A stretch of DNA of 64,000 nucleotides from an uncultured Bacteroidales bacterium (GCA_964615585.1 CAZTNS010000002.1:625-64624), one strand, 5' to 3'; shown: positions 53,651-63,999, numbered from the stretch's first letter. Numbers and translations: made by a program. Notes: generated by a model not told the origin, from the sequence alone.

Positions 53651-54436
53651 CTACCTGTCTTTTTCACTCAGGCAGCTTGTGTATTTTTTCAGAAATTTTA
53701 ACACAAAATACAGCACCCCTGTTACCACTGTACCAATAATAATCCATATTTTGTCAGTAATGAAGTCGCCTTTTTCGAGGTATGCCTCTACGGATGTAAA
53801 CACAAAGAAAATCAAAAAGAGGGCAAAAATGCCGTTTTTTTCCTTTCGCAATACTTTTTTCCAGCTAAAAGGCATGGCGGGCTTACTGTATTTGAAATGT
53901 TTCGGCAGAAATGGCGGAACCCTTTCTGCCCATATCAGGTAAGGTTCCCCGAACTTCCGTCTTAAAAATTCTTCTTCGGCAAACACTATCCGTTCGTAAT
54001 AAATCCAAAACACAAGTGAAAACACCAGGATCAAACATACGTTACCTGTTAGCATGGCAATGGCCAGCCACATAAAATAATTACCCAGGTACAGGGGATT
54101 CCGGATCAACGAATACAGCCCGGTTGTGTTCAGCATATCTGCCACTTGTCCGGCTTTTGTGTTTCTGCCGGAGGTATTCTTGGGCGTATATCCAATGGTA
54201 AAAGCCCTGATAAAAAACCCAAACAACCCCACAAAAATAGCGGCCGATTTCAGGGCATTTTCAAGTAGCGGGAAATTATTATTGTCCAGGGTGGATTCAT
54301 ATACCTGAACACCCAATCCCAAAATTAGCAGCATCAATGGGAAATAACTTCTGTACCTGAAAAGGAAATCTCCCTGTTGTTTCAATTCTTCTTGTAGTGC
54401 CATAGTATTTACATTAAAAAAACTTGCATAGATCAA
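53651..54436 (-). CDS. membrane methyltransferase of the isoprenylcysteine carboxyl methyltransferase / PEMT type
   Basis: It is multi-TM. A family-like segment is TTGLYSLIRNPLYLGNYFMWLAIAM...ERIVFAEEEFLRRKFGEPY. The probable start is MALQEELK (54403). Confidence 0.6.
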   Translation of the reverse strand: MIYASFFNVNTMALQEELKQQGDFLFRYRSYFPLMLLILGLGVQVYESTLDNNNFPLLENALKSAAIFVGLFGFFIRAFTIGYTPKNTSGRNTKAGQVADMLNTTGLYSLIRNPLYLGNYFMWLAIAMLTGNVCLILVFSLVFWIYYERIVFAEEEFLRRKFGEPYLIWAERVPPFLPKHFKYSKPAMPFSWKKVLRKEKNGIFALFLIFFVFTSVEAYLEKGDFITDKIWIIIGTVVTGVLYFVLKFLKKYTSCLSEKDR

Positions 54437-54523
54437 CCTGCCAAAACACGCAGGCCATTTAACGGGGCGATAAATTTAGTACAAGTTCGGCACAGTACAA
54501 AAAAGGCATCCTAAAGAACAGAT

Positions 54524-54545
54524 GGTTCTACTGTTATTTTAATGG
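54524..54545 (+). repeat. solo copy of the MITE terminal inverted repeat
   Basis: GGTTCTACTGTTATTTTAATGG is 22/22 identical to the reverse complement of 19995-20016 and 21/22 to 19639-19660. No partner end was recognised nearby. Confidence 0.8.
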
Positions 54546-54575
54546 GCTCATGATTGTTAAAGGGAAAAACTATTT

Positions 54576-55484
54576 CTACAGGTTGTCGGTGTTAAACAGG
54601 CTATCATCAATCCCTGTATTAATTTTTACTTCTTTTACTTTTCTTGTGGATTTCATTTCTCCACTCATCATTCCTGTCTTATCCATTGCCTCCATGCGTG
54701 ATTTGATCATTTCCCTTTGTTCTTCAGGCATATTTTCCATTTCCTTTTTCATCTGTTCACGGCTTTCTTTCATTTGCTGTTTTTCTTCAGGTGACATTTC
54801 AAATTCCGTAACTGATTCAGAATAATAGGCCACATCCACACCGGATACATTCTTAAAATCACTGTTCAACATGGTAATTTTGACATCCCGTTCTTTGTTA
54901 TCGCCTTCCATGCTAACGTCATCAATTTCAATATTAAGCTTACGGGTCACCAATTTTTCTGTATCAATGAAAACATCGGCATCAAAAATCATGTCCTCTG
55001 TTTCTGCCTGGCTCATGCTTTCAGCCATTCCGGGGAAAGGCATTTCACTGAAAGGTGCATCCTCAATGGTAAGGTGATGACATTCTGAGTCATGCACTTT
55101 TTCTGTTCCCTGGTAGTTGTAATCCTGATCTTTCATTCCCAGTACCATATCCACAGGATAGGTTTCCATTTCAGATTTCTGAATATCACCTGTTTGTGAA
55201 TTTTTAGTCCAATAATATTCGCCGTCATAAATACTTACTGACTGCTGCCCGTTGACCTCCTGTTCAACACGGGCTTTGGTTACGATTTTTCCTTCGTGTT
55301 TTTCACGTTTCAGGTAATGAACACCGTCCTCGTAAGTGGTGGTCATATCATTCACTTTTTTCAATTGCTTTTGGTATTTTTCCACCGCCTGATTGATTAC
55401 TTCATCAGCTATGTCCTGTGCTATAGATATAACGGGCAAAACAAAAAAGAAGAGAACCGAGCATAAAATACATTTTCTTTTCAT
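54576..55484 (-). CDS. hypothetical exported protein (possibly LolA-like fold) with Met/Glu/Lys-rich C-terminal segment
   Basis: 302 aa with a signal peptide (...VISIAQ). The C-terminal stretch MSPEEKQQMKESREQMKKEMENMPEEQREMIKSRMEAMDKTGMMSGEM is notable. The fold assignment is a guess. Confidence 0.35.
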   Translation of the reverse strand: MKRKCILCSVLFFFVLPVISIAQDIADEVINQAVEKYQKQLKKVNDMTTTYEDGVHYLKREKHEGKIVTKARVEQEVNGQQSVSIYDGEYYWTKNSQTGDIQKSEMETYPVDMVLGMKDQDYNYQGTEKVHDSECHHLTIEDAPFSEMPFPGMAESMSQAETEDMIFDADVFIDTEKLVTRKLNIEIDDVSMEGDNKERDVKITMLNSDFKNVSGVDVAYYSESVTEFEMSPEEKQQMKESREQMKKEMENMPEEQREMIKSRMEAMDKTGMMSGEMKSTRKVKEVKINTGIDDSLFNTDNL

Positions 55485-55537
55485 AATGACTTGTTTTTTT
55501 AATGTTCAACAATTTATTACTTCTTATTTCAGATATC

Positions 55538-55714
55538 CCTTATAATTATATGAGCCCAGTCTAAAAAGGCATTGTTTTGCCACGAAGACACGAAGACACA
55601 AAGTAACACAAATCTTAAGCTGTTGTATTACAGAACTTTGTGAATCTTGGTGTCTTAGTGACTTTGTGGCATTTCTCATTTTTTTGGCTTTTTAGACGGG
55701 GCTCATTATATCCC
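55538..55714. repeat. long palindromic hairpin element with 8-mer-phased arms, copy 2
   Basis: The left half is ...TGAGCCCAGTCTAAAAAGGC...GCCACGAAG ACACGAAG ACACAAAG TAACACAAA. The right half is ...CTTTGTGAATCTTGGTGTCTTAGTGACTTTGTGGCATTTCTCATTTTTTTGGCTTTTTAGACGGGGCTCA. The 63-aa track ORF 55615-55806 runs through it and looks spurious. Confidence 0.85.
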
Positions 55715-55894
55715 TTAGCGAAAGGTAGAGGATAAAAGACTAAAGGTAAAAAATATATCCCATCTGACAAAATAAAATTTGAAAATAACCTGTGAAAGGA
55801 GTACAAGCTTAAATCCGTATGGGGTTTGATAAAGTGATAAATACAAACCTGAAATCCCTCATATTTTTCCTATATTGCAAAAAATATTTGAATC

Positions 55895-56602
55895 ATGTCA
55901 CTGGTTTATTGTCCTGGAATTGAAGTTGGCAAAATAACAAGACTTTCTGTTGATGAATCCCATCACCTCACCAGGGTTTTACGAAAATCTGAAGGAAAAA
56001 AATTACACCTTTGTGACGGAAAGGGGAACTTGTACTCGGGGAATATAGCTTCAGTCATTAAAAAACAGGCATATGTGCAGGTCGTTTCAGTGTTAAAATC
56101 TTTAAAATCACCGGAAAGCAAGCTGCATATAGCCATAGCTCCGACAAAAAACATCAGCCGGTTTGAATGGTTTGTGGAAAAAGCCACCGAGATTGGCATT
56201 GCAGGCATCATTCCAATTCACACAAAGCATTCTGAGCGTGACAAAATAAATATCCTTCGCCTTGAAAAGATCATCATTTCTGCCATGAAACAATCCGGAC
56301 ATTTATTTAAACCGGAACTGCATCCATTAACAGATTTCACTGATGTTATACAGTTAAAAACAGAATGCCGGTTTATTGGCTACAGCGAAACATTGCCACA
56401 AGACCATCTCATTGCTATGGCAAATTCAAATACCCCTACCCTCATGCTGATTGGCCCGGAAGGGGATTTCACAAAAGATGAATACAGGAAAGCATCAGGC
56501 TCCGGATTCTATCCGGTAAAACTGGGCAATTCACGTCTTAGAACAGAAACAGCAGGGGTGGTAGCTGCACAGATATTTAATAGCAAAGGTTTTATAGAAT
56601 AA
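55895..56602 (+). CDS. rsmE: 16S rRNA (uracil1498-N3)-methyltransferase RsmE
   Basis: 235 aa of RsmE-like sequence. It has an N-terminal PUA-like region (DESHHLTRVLR) and a C-terminal SPOUT knot (LIGPEGDFTKDE...LGNSRLRTETA). Confidence 0.85.
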   Translation: MSLVYCPGIEVGKITRLSVDESHHLTRVLRKSEGKKLHLCDGKGNLYSGNIASVIKKQAYVQVVSVLKSLKSPESKLHIAIAPTKNISRFEWFVEKATEIGIAGIIPIHTKHSERDKINILRLEKIIISAMKQSGHLFKPELHPLTDFTDVIQLKTECRFIGYSETLPQDHLIAMANSNTPTLMLIGPEGDFTKDEYRKASGSGFYPVKLGNSRLRTETAGVVAAQIFNSKGFIE

Positions 56603-57362
56603 TATCACCTTCAAAAACAAACGCCGCCGGTCCGGAAAGAAAGGCATTATAAATATCGCCACTGCGAATCAGGTACACTTTCAGGTCACCGCCAGGCATG
56701 TGTACCATCACTGTAGTATTCTTCAATTCATGCTTTGTTGCCTGATAAACGGCTCCGGCTACAGCTCCGGTTCCACATGACAAGGTTTCAGCTTCAACAC
56801 CCCGTTCATAAGTACGCTGGCTTATCTCGTTTTTGGTATGTTCATTGATAAAATTCACATTCACACCTTTTGGTTGATATATTCTCTCCTCACGAATACG
56901 TCTTCCTTCTCTTGACACATCATAATTCTCAAGGAATTCCACGGGTACAATAACATGTGGACTACCAGTATCAATCATCAGGTCATTTGTAAGTTCAGGC
57001 ACCTTGACATCATTCATTCCCAAAATCAATTCATCCTCTTCAATCCAGCCTTTATATACGCTTCCTGCTGCTTCAAATTTCGTTTCTACTCCTGCCAGGC
57101 CATGAGAGTTGGCATAACAAATGATAGATCGTCCACCATTTCCACACATGCTGCCTTCATAGCCATCAGCATTGTAATATGTCATTTGAAAATCATATTC
57201 ATCAGAAGGACTAATTGTCATCAACCCATCAGCACCAATACCAAAATGGCGATTACACATTTTTCGAATTTGGTCTGATTTTAACTTCATGTCCGATTTC
57301 ATGGCATCAATGATGATAAAATCATTCCCTGTTGCCTGGTATTTATAAAAATGGATTTTCAT
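56592..57362 (-). CDS. dapF: diaminopimelate epimerase
   Basis: 256 aa. It has GNDFIIID, and catalytic Cys contexts SMCGNGGR and ETLSCGTGAVA. Confidence 0.93.
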   Translation of the reverse strand: MKIHFYKYQATGNDFIIIDAMKSDMKLKSDQIRKMCNRHFGIGADGLMTISPSDEYDFQMTYYNADGYEGSMCGNGGRSIICYANSHGLAGVETKFEAAGSVYKGWIEEDELILGMNDVKVPELTNDLMIDTGSPHVIVPVEFLENYDVSREGRRIREERIYQPKGVNVNFINEHTKNEISQRTYERGVEAETLSCGTGAVAGAVYQATKHELKNTTVMVHMPGGDLKVYLIRSGDIYNAFLSGPAAFVFEGDIIL

Positions 57363-57445
57363 AAAATATTGTTAAAATAAAAACACTTGGATCACAATTT
57401 TCGTTAAAGTAACAGACAACAAAAATAACAAAAAGAATTACGATT

Positions 57446-58897
57446 ATGAAAGCAAAGCAATTGATAGTATCAATCATGGCAGGAATTTTTGGTGGCATCA
57501 TGAGCTTTTTTGCAGTAAATCATCTTGTTGATAAAATATCAGACGAAAGCAGGCCCCATGATTTAGTTGAAGCCTATGAATCAAGCCTCAGTAATTCCTT
57601 AATAAAACCAACAGGATTCCCACAAATGCCTTCTGGAAATACAGATCTCACAAAAGCCGCCAAAGTCAGTCTGTCGGCAGTTGTTCATATCACATCATAT
57701 TACAATCAACAGGAATATAGCCTGTATGACTTTATTTTCGGCACAGATCCTGGTAGATACAGACACACAGAATCATCCGGCTCCGGAGTTATCATATCAT
57801 CGGATGGATATATTGTTACCAACCGACATGTAATTGATCAATCAGAAAAGATCAAAGTTGTACTGAATAACCGGAAAAGTTATGAAGCGGAAATAATTGG
57901 GACAGATGCCACCACTGACATTGCATTGCTGAAAGTTGATGCAGACAATTTAAACACCTTGTCATACGGCGACAGCGATGCTCTGAATATTGGTGAATGG
58001 GTATTGGCAGTCGGAAATCCGTTCAACCTAACTTCAACAGTAACAGCAGGTATTGTCTCTGCCAAAGCCAGAAATATTAGCATTTTCACGGAACAATACA
58101 GCATAGAATCATTCATCCAAACTGATGCAGCTGTGAATCCAGGGAACAGTGGTGGTGCTCTCGTGAATCAAAAAGGAGAGCTTGTTGGCATAAACACAGC
58201 CATTGCAAGCAAAACCGGCTCCTATATCGGATATTCTTTTGCCATACCTGTGAATATTGTACGCAAAATTGTAGCTGATTTGATTGAATATGGCAATGTA
58301 CAAAGGGCATATATGGGAGTAAGCCTGTCAAATATTGACGCTGGAATTGCCGATAAGTTTGATCTGAAAACATCCAATGGGATTCTAATAACTGGAGTTT
58401 CAGATGGCAGTGCCGCAGATGAAGCAGAAATAAAAGCAGGTGACATCATAAAAAAATTCAACGGTGTTAAAGTAAATTCAGTAAGCCAATTGATGGAACA
58501 GATCAGCAAATACAGGCCGGGTGACAACGTCAATATCTCAATCATCCGAAACAACAAAGAAATGAACAAAAAACTGACATTAAGAAATAAACATGGCAAT
58601 ACTGATCTTGTCAGCAGTACCAAGATCGATGAACTGGGAGGGGAATTTGAGAAGGCTTCCCTTGAGGAAAAACGCAAGCTCAGGTTACGGTACGGGGTAA
58701 AAATCTGCGAATTATACTCCGGCAAATTAAGAGAAAGTGGCATAAATAAAGGTTTTATCATTACCAGTATCAATAATATCCCGGTAAAAAAAGTGGAAGA
58801 CATAAATGAGATCATTGATAAATATAAAGGCAGTAAAATATTGATCGAAGGGGTTTATCCCAATGGAAATATTGCCTATTACAGTATTTATCTGTAA
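57446..58897 (+). CDS. Do/HtrA-family periplasmic serine protease with two PDZ domains
   Basis: The catalytic triad contexts are TNRHV, DIALLKV and GNSGGALVN. Two PDZ-like segments follow. Confidence 0.9.
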   Translation: MKAKQLIVSIMAGIFGGIMSFFAVNHLVDKISDESRPHDLVEAYESSLSNSLIKPTGFPQMPSGNTDLTKAAKVSLSAVVHITSYYNQQEYSLYDFIFGTDPGRYRHTESSGSGVIISSDGYIVTNRHVIDQSEKIKVVLNNRKSYEAEIIGTDATTDIALLKVDADNLNTLSYGDSDALNIGEWVLAVGNPFNLTSTVTAGIVSAKARNISIFTEQYSIESFIQTDAAVNPGNSGGALVNQKGELVGINTAIASKTGSYIGYSFAIPVNIVRKIVADLIEYGNVQRAYMGVSLSNIDAGIADKFDLKTSNGILITGVSDGSAADEAEIKAGDIIKKFNGVKVNSVSQLMEQISKYRPGDNVNISIIRNNKEMNKKLTLRNKHGNTDLVSSTKIDELGGEFEKASLEEKRKLRLRYGVKICELYSGKLRESGINKGFIITSINNIPVKKVEDINEIIDKYKGSKILIEGVYPNGNIAYYSIYL

Positions 58898-59082
58898 TTA
58901 ATATCACACAATCAATGTCTATGACAGAAAAAATAATATATTTTAAAATTGAGTTTTCGTCTTATTTTATAAATTTGCATGAAATTTTAATGTACTTTTA
59001 CAACTTCTTAGCAAATCTTACGTACAATAAGATCAAGACAAATAGGTTTTATCATTAAGCAACACAATTTGACAAATTTTTT

Positions 59083-59943
59083 ATGAGACAACTAAAAATC
59101 ACAAAATCGATTACCAATCGTGAAAGTGCATCCCTTGACAAGTATTTACAGGAAATAGGAAGAGAAGAACTGATCACTGTTGAGGAAGAAGTTGAACTTG
59201 CCCAGCGCATCAAACAAGGCGATCAATTGGCATTGGAGAAACTCACACGTGCAAATCTGCGCTTTGTAGTATCTGTGGCCAAACAATATCAGAATCAGGG
59301 ATTAAGTTTGCCTGACCTGATAAATGAAGGGAATCTTGGCCTCATCAGGGCAGCTGAAAAATTTGATGAAACACGCGGATTTAAATTTATCTCTTATGCT
59401 GTTTGGTGGATACGTCAATCAATTTTGCAGGCACTGGCAGAACAATCCCGTATTGTTCGGTTGCCTTTAAACCAGGTTGGTTCATTGAATAAGATCAACA
59501 AAGCTTTTTCAAGATTTGAACAGGAACATGAACGTAAACCTACCTCAGAGGAACTGGGCAAAGAATTGGATCTGCCATCAGAAAAAGTATCTGACACTTT
59601 AAGGGTTTCGGGTCGTCATGTATCTGTTGATGCTCCTTTTGTTACCGGGGAAGAGAATTCATTGCTTGATGTGTTGGAAAATGCTGACTCACCCAGTGCT
59701 GACAACAGCCTCATAGGTGAATCACTCAGCAGGGAAGTAGAGCGTGCACTGGCTACACTAACCGATAGGGAACGTGACATTGTCCGGTACTTTTTTGGCA
59801 TCAACTGCCAGGAAATGACACTTGAAGAAATAGGACAAACATTTGCACTTACGAGAGAACGTGTGCGTCAAATCAAAGAAAAAGCCATCCGCAGGTTACG
59901 GCATACATCACGTAGTAAATTGTTGAAAGCGTATCTTGGTTGA
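59083..59943 (+). CDS. rpoD: primary RNA polymerase sigma factor (sigma-70 family, Bacteroidota SigA type)
   Basis: 286 aa. It has region 2 ([39 protein letters not shown]...[11 protein letters not shown]) and region 4 ([14 protein letters not shown]...[28 protein letters not shown]). A TAAATTTG box lies at about 58970-58977. Confidence 0.93.
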   Translation: MRQLKITKSITNRESASLDKYLQEIGREELITVEEEVELAQRIKQGDQLALEKLTRANLRFVVSVAKQYQNQGLSLPDLINEGNLGLIRAAEKFDETRGFKFISYAVWWIRQSILQALAEQSRIVRLPLNQVGSLNKINKAFSRFEQEHERKPTSEELGKELDLPSEKVSDTLRVSGRHVSVDAPFVTGEENSLLDVLENADSPSADNSLIGESLSREVERALATLTDRERDIVRYFFGINCQEMTLEEIGQTFALTRERVRQIKEKAIRRLRHTSRSKLLKAYLG

Positions 59944-59980
59944 TCATTGTTTTTTAACACCACTCAAAAAAACAGAACAA

Positions 59981-60012
59981 AAAAAGCCGGCTTCAGTGAA
60001 GCCGGCTTTTTT
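59981..60012. terminator. bidirectional rho-independent terminator
   Basis: AAAAAGCCGGCTT-CAGT-GAAGCCGGCTTTTTT has an A-run before and a T-run after. It lies between convergent rpoD and the 60038-60505 gene. Confidence 0.8.
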
Positions 60013-60037
60013 ATTTACTAATAAATTATTATTGTTA

Positions 60038-60505
60038 TCAGTACACGTAATTGATATCCTGATAAACAATTTCTCCATCCTGCAAAGTTGCCGTGCTTCC
60101 ACCATGTTCATATACTTCATCCCTGTAAGAATCATCGGCCTGAGTTTGTTGAGCTTCAAAAGAAACAGCCTGGACTTCTACGGGAACACCCTGGTGGGTA
60201 GCCGTTGGGAGCTCGATGCTGTATTCTCCGTCTGAATTAGTTGTTGTTTCATACTGAAGGGTTTGATAATTATATCCTGTAACAGGTTCAAGCACCAAAT
60301 CTGCAGCATCAATACGGAAAATAATCTTTTTCCCCGCCGGTACTTTTTCTGTGCTGGTATTGCTCAGGTCAAGCTCGGCATAAACAGTACCTTTAAGCGT
60401 AGCTGTTGGAGTAGTTCCGGGATCAGTTTCTTCTTCTTCACAACTTGTAAGTGCAAAGAAACCTCCAATGAGGATCATGAGGATAATTGACAATGATTTT
60501 TTCAT
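60038..60505 (-). CDS. hypothetical lipoprotein
   Basis: 155 aa with a lipobox-like FALTSC. The body is beta-rich, and no family was recognised. Confidence 0.4.
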   Translation of the reverse strand: MKKSLSIILMILIGGFFALTSCEEEETDPGTTPTATLKGTVYAELDLSNTSTEKVPAGKKIIFRIDAADLVLEPVTGYNYQTLQYETTTNSDGEYSIELPTATHQGVPVEVQAVSFEAQQTQADDSYRDEVYEHGGSTATLQDGEIVYQDINYVY

Positions 60506-60560
60506 AATTATCTGATTTTTTATGGTTAATAACTCAATTAATTAATTACAATGATCAATA

Positions 60561-61397
60561 TTAAAAATGGAATATCATAAAGATACTACCCATGTAATTG
60601 TTATCTGTATCCAGGTCAAATGTAGCATCTTTGGCATTTTCGGTTGTATTTACTTCAATTTCAGTTCCGTCCCACATTTCTGCAGTTGTTTCGGATTTCA
60701 GATCAAAATCGTAACTAAATCCCCAGCCAAATTCTCCGCCTATAGAAATTTTGGGAAGGAGGAAATACTCAACTCCGATAAAACCACGTAAACCGACGCC
60801 CATACTTTGACTGTATGATTCAGTAACACGGCCATCTGTGGTGATGTTCCCACCAAAAGAGGTTGTGCTGGGGCTGTTGAAATCTGCAGTGATGGGGTTG
60901 CCATAATCGTATTTAGCACTGCCGGCAGAATAATTAAGCATCAGCATGCCACCATAGTAACCCTGCAAACGGCCATGACCACGACGCATTTCATACCCGG
61001 CCCCAACATGTACATTGGTAATGCTTGTTTTTTCAACATCCTCAACAAGCACGTCGGGATCTGGTATATCCTGATCTTTTTGAATGAATTCCACATCTTT
61101 ATCCAGCCGGTGTCCAATGCGCAATTCGCCACGTATAGCGGCATCATCAGCAATATAATATTTGCCTACAATTGCCTGATTATTGATAAAATTAACACTA
61201 ACACTGTTGCCAATTGTGCCGTTAAAAGTGTTACCCAAATAATTTAAAAACGGGACAGCATTAAATCCCAGGCCAATGTCACCACTTTCAGGCATCATAT
61301 AAACACCGCGCTCAGTAGTGAAATCTTCTTTTTCCTGGGCATGAGTTATCACAGCAAAACCCAGGACTGCTACCATAATAAAAATTAATTTTTTCAT
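60561..61397 (-). CDS. hypothetical outer-membrane beta-barrel protein
   Basis: 278 aa with a signal peptide (...VITHAQ). It has amphipathic strands and a C-terminal ...SIFMIFHF. Confidence 0.5.
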   Translation of the reverse strand: MKKLIFIMVAVLGFAVITHAQEKEDFTTERGVYMMPESGDIGLGFNAVPFLNYLGNTFNGTIGNSVSVNFINNQAIVGKYYIADDAAIRGELRIGHRLDKDVEFIQKDQDIPDPDVLVEDVEKTSITNVHVGAGYEMRRGHGRLQGYYGGMLMLNYSAGSAKYDYGNPITADFNSPSTTSFGGNITTDGRVTESYSQSMGVGLRGFIGVEYFLLPKISIGGEFGWGFSYDFDLKSETTAEMWDGTEIEVNTTENAKDATFDLDTDNNYMGSIFMIFHF

Positions 61398-61462
61398 AGT
61401 GTTTGGTTTTAATATTAATACAAAATTATTAATTCTCCTTTCAATTTCAAAACAGTAACCTA

Positions 61463-61630
61463 TTATTGTTTACTCCTTGGAGGACGGTATTCACTGGATA
61501 CAGAAACTTTTTTCCTGCCCTTTTTTCTTCTTCTTGATAACACTTTACGTCCATTCTTTGTTGACATGCGTTTCCTAAAACCATGTTTGTTGTTTCTTTT
61601 CCTCACTGAAGGTTGAAATGTCCGCTTCAT
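61463..61630 (-). CDS. rpmH: 50S ribosomal protein L34
   Basis: Hand translation codon by codon gives [55 protein letters not shown] (55 aa). This is below the ORF-track length cut-off. Confidence 0.9.
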   Translation of the reverse strand: MKRTFQPSVRKRNNKHGFRKRMSTKNGRKVLSRRRKKGRKKVSVSSEYRPPRSKQ

Positions 61631-61777
61631 TATTAATCCTCTTTTTAAATTTTACTAAACTAATTCGACTATCTAATTCTTCTCACTGTATGTTAAGGAT
61701 ACAAAAATAACATCTATAATTCAAATGACAAATTTTTTACATGTTTTTTTACATATGAGCAAAACTATCCGCTTGTG

Positions 61778-61799
61778 TGATCCGCCAGCTGGCGGATCA
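61778..61799. repeat. 22-nt perfect palindrome
   Basis: TGATCCGCCAG|CTGGCGGATCA is a GC-rich island in the A+T-rich rpmH / glycosyltransferase-like divergent intergenic region. Confidence 0.7.
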
Positions 61800-61992
61800 T
61801 TGAGGTTTCACATCAATATTTTCATGCATTTGCCTAATATAATTACCAACACCCATCAGAAACTTTCAACAAAGTTTCTGAAAAAAACAATCAAGACTTT
61901 CCACAAAAAATGCAACAGAACTGTTTTTTTTATTACCATTGTAATGTTTTAGGTTGTTTTTCAGTGTAACAAAAAAACAATTTTAAAAAGAG

Positions 61993-63999
61993 ATGTCACC
62001 CTCATTAAAAAGAAATATCGTATTAACACTCATTTTAGCGGTTACTGTTCTCCTTTTTTCACCAACAATAAACAGTAATTTTCTAAATTGGGACGATAGC
62101 ACATACATTACAAACAATAAACTGATATATAATGATATAAATATTGATTCATTTGAAAAATTATATGATTTTGATCAAAATATTTCTTTGGTATTGTTCA
62201 GTTTTCTGGTTCAAATAAAGCTTTTTGGAGACAATCCCGAATTGTTTAATTTACTCAATATCCTTTTCCATCTATTCAATGTTTTGTTGATTTATAAATT
62301 GGGCAATTATTTACTCAAAAACCCAAATATGGCGATAATCATCGCTTTTATTTTTGCGATACATCCGTTAAAAACCGAGAGCGTGTGCTGGATAATTCAA
62401 AGAAAAGATTTGTTCTTTTCCCTATTCTTCATCCTTAGCATCCTTGCATACATCAAATACATAAAACACAACAAACTATTTTGGACACTCATCAGTTTGA
62501 TCCTGGCTTATTTAGCGATATTGAGTAAAGTCCAGGCAATTACGTTGCCATTTACAATTTTGTTAATTGTGTATCATTTAAGAGGACGTATTTTATTCAA
62601 AGACGTGATAATGAACATATGTATATTTTTACTGCTTATTACCAACCTTTATCAGCTTCATTATTTTATTTTGCTGGTAGCATTACCAACAAGCCTTATT
62701 TTACTTTATGGGGACAAATTATACCATATTACAAAAAACACAACAAAAAATCTTTTCCATAGATTCAAAAAGTTTATAAAAGCAAAATCAACCATAGTTC
62801 AACTCCTAATTTTAACGGGATCAATACTTGTCCTTTTCGAAATATTAGAAAGGGTACTTGATACGATTTTTGATTACCTGGAAGTTTTAATGCCCATCAT
62901 AATATTTTTTCACATTTATCCGGCTTTACTGTTGGCAGGCTTGTTTTTATATAAGTTTCTAATGCTTAAAACAAAGAAACATAAACTCTATACTGTCATA
63001 TTTTCAATCGCTATAGCATCAATCGCTATTGTATTATTTTACAATGCGTTTTTAGTTGATTCTGATTTACAAATATCTGATATATTTCATAAAAGAATTT
63101 TTTATGCAGGCTTTAGTTTCAATTATTATTTGTACAAACTTTTCCTGCCATTTAATTTGGTTACCATGCATCCATATCCTGATTCAACAGAATTAAGTTC
63201 CTGGTATTACCAAATATCGCCATTAATCAGTTTGTTCATTATTGGATTGGTCATCTTTTTGGTAAAAAGAATAAAAAACACAGAGTACAAAAAATACATC
63301 GCATTTGGTTTGTTGTTCTACCTTATCAATATTATGGTTGTTTTACACTTTATTCCCATAAAGGGGAAAGTTATTGTGGCCGACAGATATTTGTATCTTG
63401 CCTCTTTCGGGCTAATCACAGCAGTGATCTGTTACATAGATTATCTCATTACACAAAAAACAAAAGCATTCAAATACCCGATACGGGTTATTGGGGTAAT
63501 CATCTTATTAATTTTTTCACTTCAAACTTATTCACGAAGTAAGGTCTGGAACAATGATTTGAGCTTTTGGGGAGATGTAATTGACAAAAAACCTGATAAT
63601 CATTATGCACATTACAGTTTAGGTCTTTATTATTATGAACGCAAGCTATATGACAAGGCAATTGAAAAATACAACACAGCAATTAAACTGCATAGCAGGG
63701 ACAACAAATATTTTACAAACAGAGGTGCATGTTTTATAAAAATCCAAAAATATGAAAAAGCCTTTTTAGATTTTAAAATGGCCATAAAGCTTAATCCTGA
63801 TGATTATACTTCTTTTAATAATCTAGGGGTGATACATCATAAAATGGGCAATTTAGAAAAAGCCCGCCAAAACTTTAAACAAGCAATAAAATTAAAACCT
63901 GATTATACCGGGGCAGAAAAAAATCTACAATATATCAACCAACTTCTGAATTCCTTGCCGGATCAAGATGCTGACAACACTGAAAATAATGAAATATCA
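61993..63999 (+). CDS. polytopic membrane protein of the PMT/TMTC-like glycosyltransferase type fused to C-terminal TPR repeats (3' end beyond the window)
   Basis: Hand-read ORF from ATG 61993 begins MSPSLKRNIVLTLILAVTVLLFSPTINSNFLNWDDSTYITNN..., with a first-loop WDD motif and many TM helices. TPRs start from about 63600 (HYAHYSLGLYYYERKLYDKAIEKYNTAIKL...); the frame was checked at 63601. No stop occurs before 64000, so it is absent from the ORF track. Confidence 0.65.
   Translation, partial: MSPSLKRNIVLTLILAVTVLLFSPTINSNFLNWDDSTYITNNKLIYNDINIDSFEKLYDFDQNISLVLFSFLVQIKLFGDNPELFNLLNILFHLFNVLLIYKLGNYLLKNPNMAIIIAFIFAIHPLKTESVCWIIQRKDLFFSLFFILSILAYIKYIKHNKLFWTLISLILAYLAILSKVQAITLPFTILLIVYHLRGRILFKDVIMNICIFLLLITNLYQLHYFILLVALPTSLILLYGDKLYHITKNTTKNLFHRFKKFIKAKSTIVQLLILTGSILVLFEILERVLDTIFDYLEVLMPIIIFFHIYPALLLAGLFLYKFLMLKTKKHKLYTVIFSIAIASIAIVLFYNAFLVDSDLQISDIFHKRIFYAGFSFNYYLYKLFLPFNLVTMHPYPDSTELSSWYYQISPLISLFIIGLVIFLVKRIKNTEYKKYIAFGLLFYLINIMVVLHFIPIKGKVIVADRYLYLASFGLITAVICYIDYLITQKTKAFKYPIRVIGVIILLIFSLQTYSRSKVWNNDLSFWGDVIDKKPDNHYAHYSLGLYYYERKLYDKAIEKYNTAIKLHSRDNKYFTNRGACFIKIQKYEKAFLDFKMAIKLNPDDYTSFNNLGVIHHKMGNLEKARQNFKQAIKLKPDYTGAEKNLQYINQLLNSLPDQDADNTENNEIS

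Noticed and set aside
61631-61992. A possible replication origin, because rpmH often neighbours dnaA/oriC.
   Set aside because: No dnaA or rnpA lies nearby. Only one weak DnaA-box-like TTTCCACA was found (about 61899), with no box cluster.
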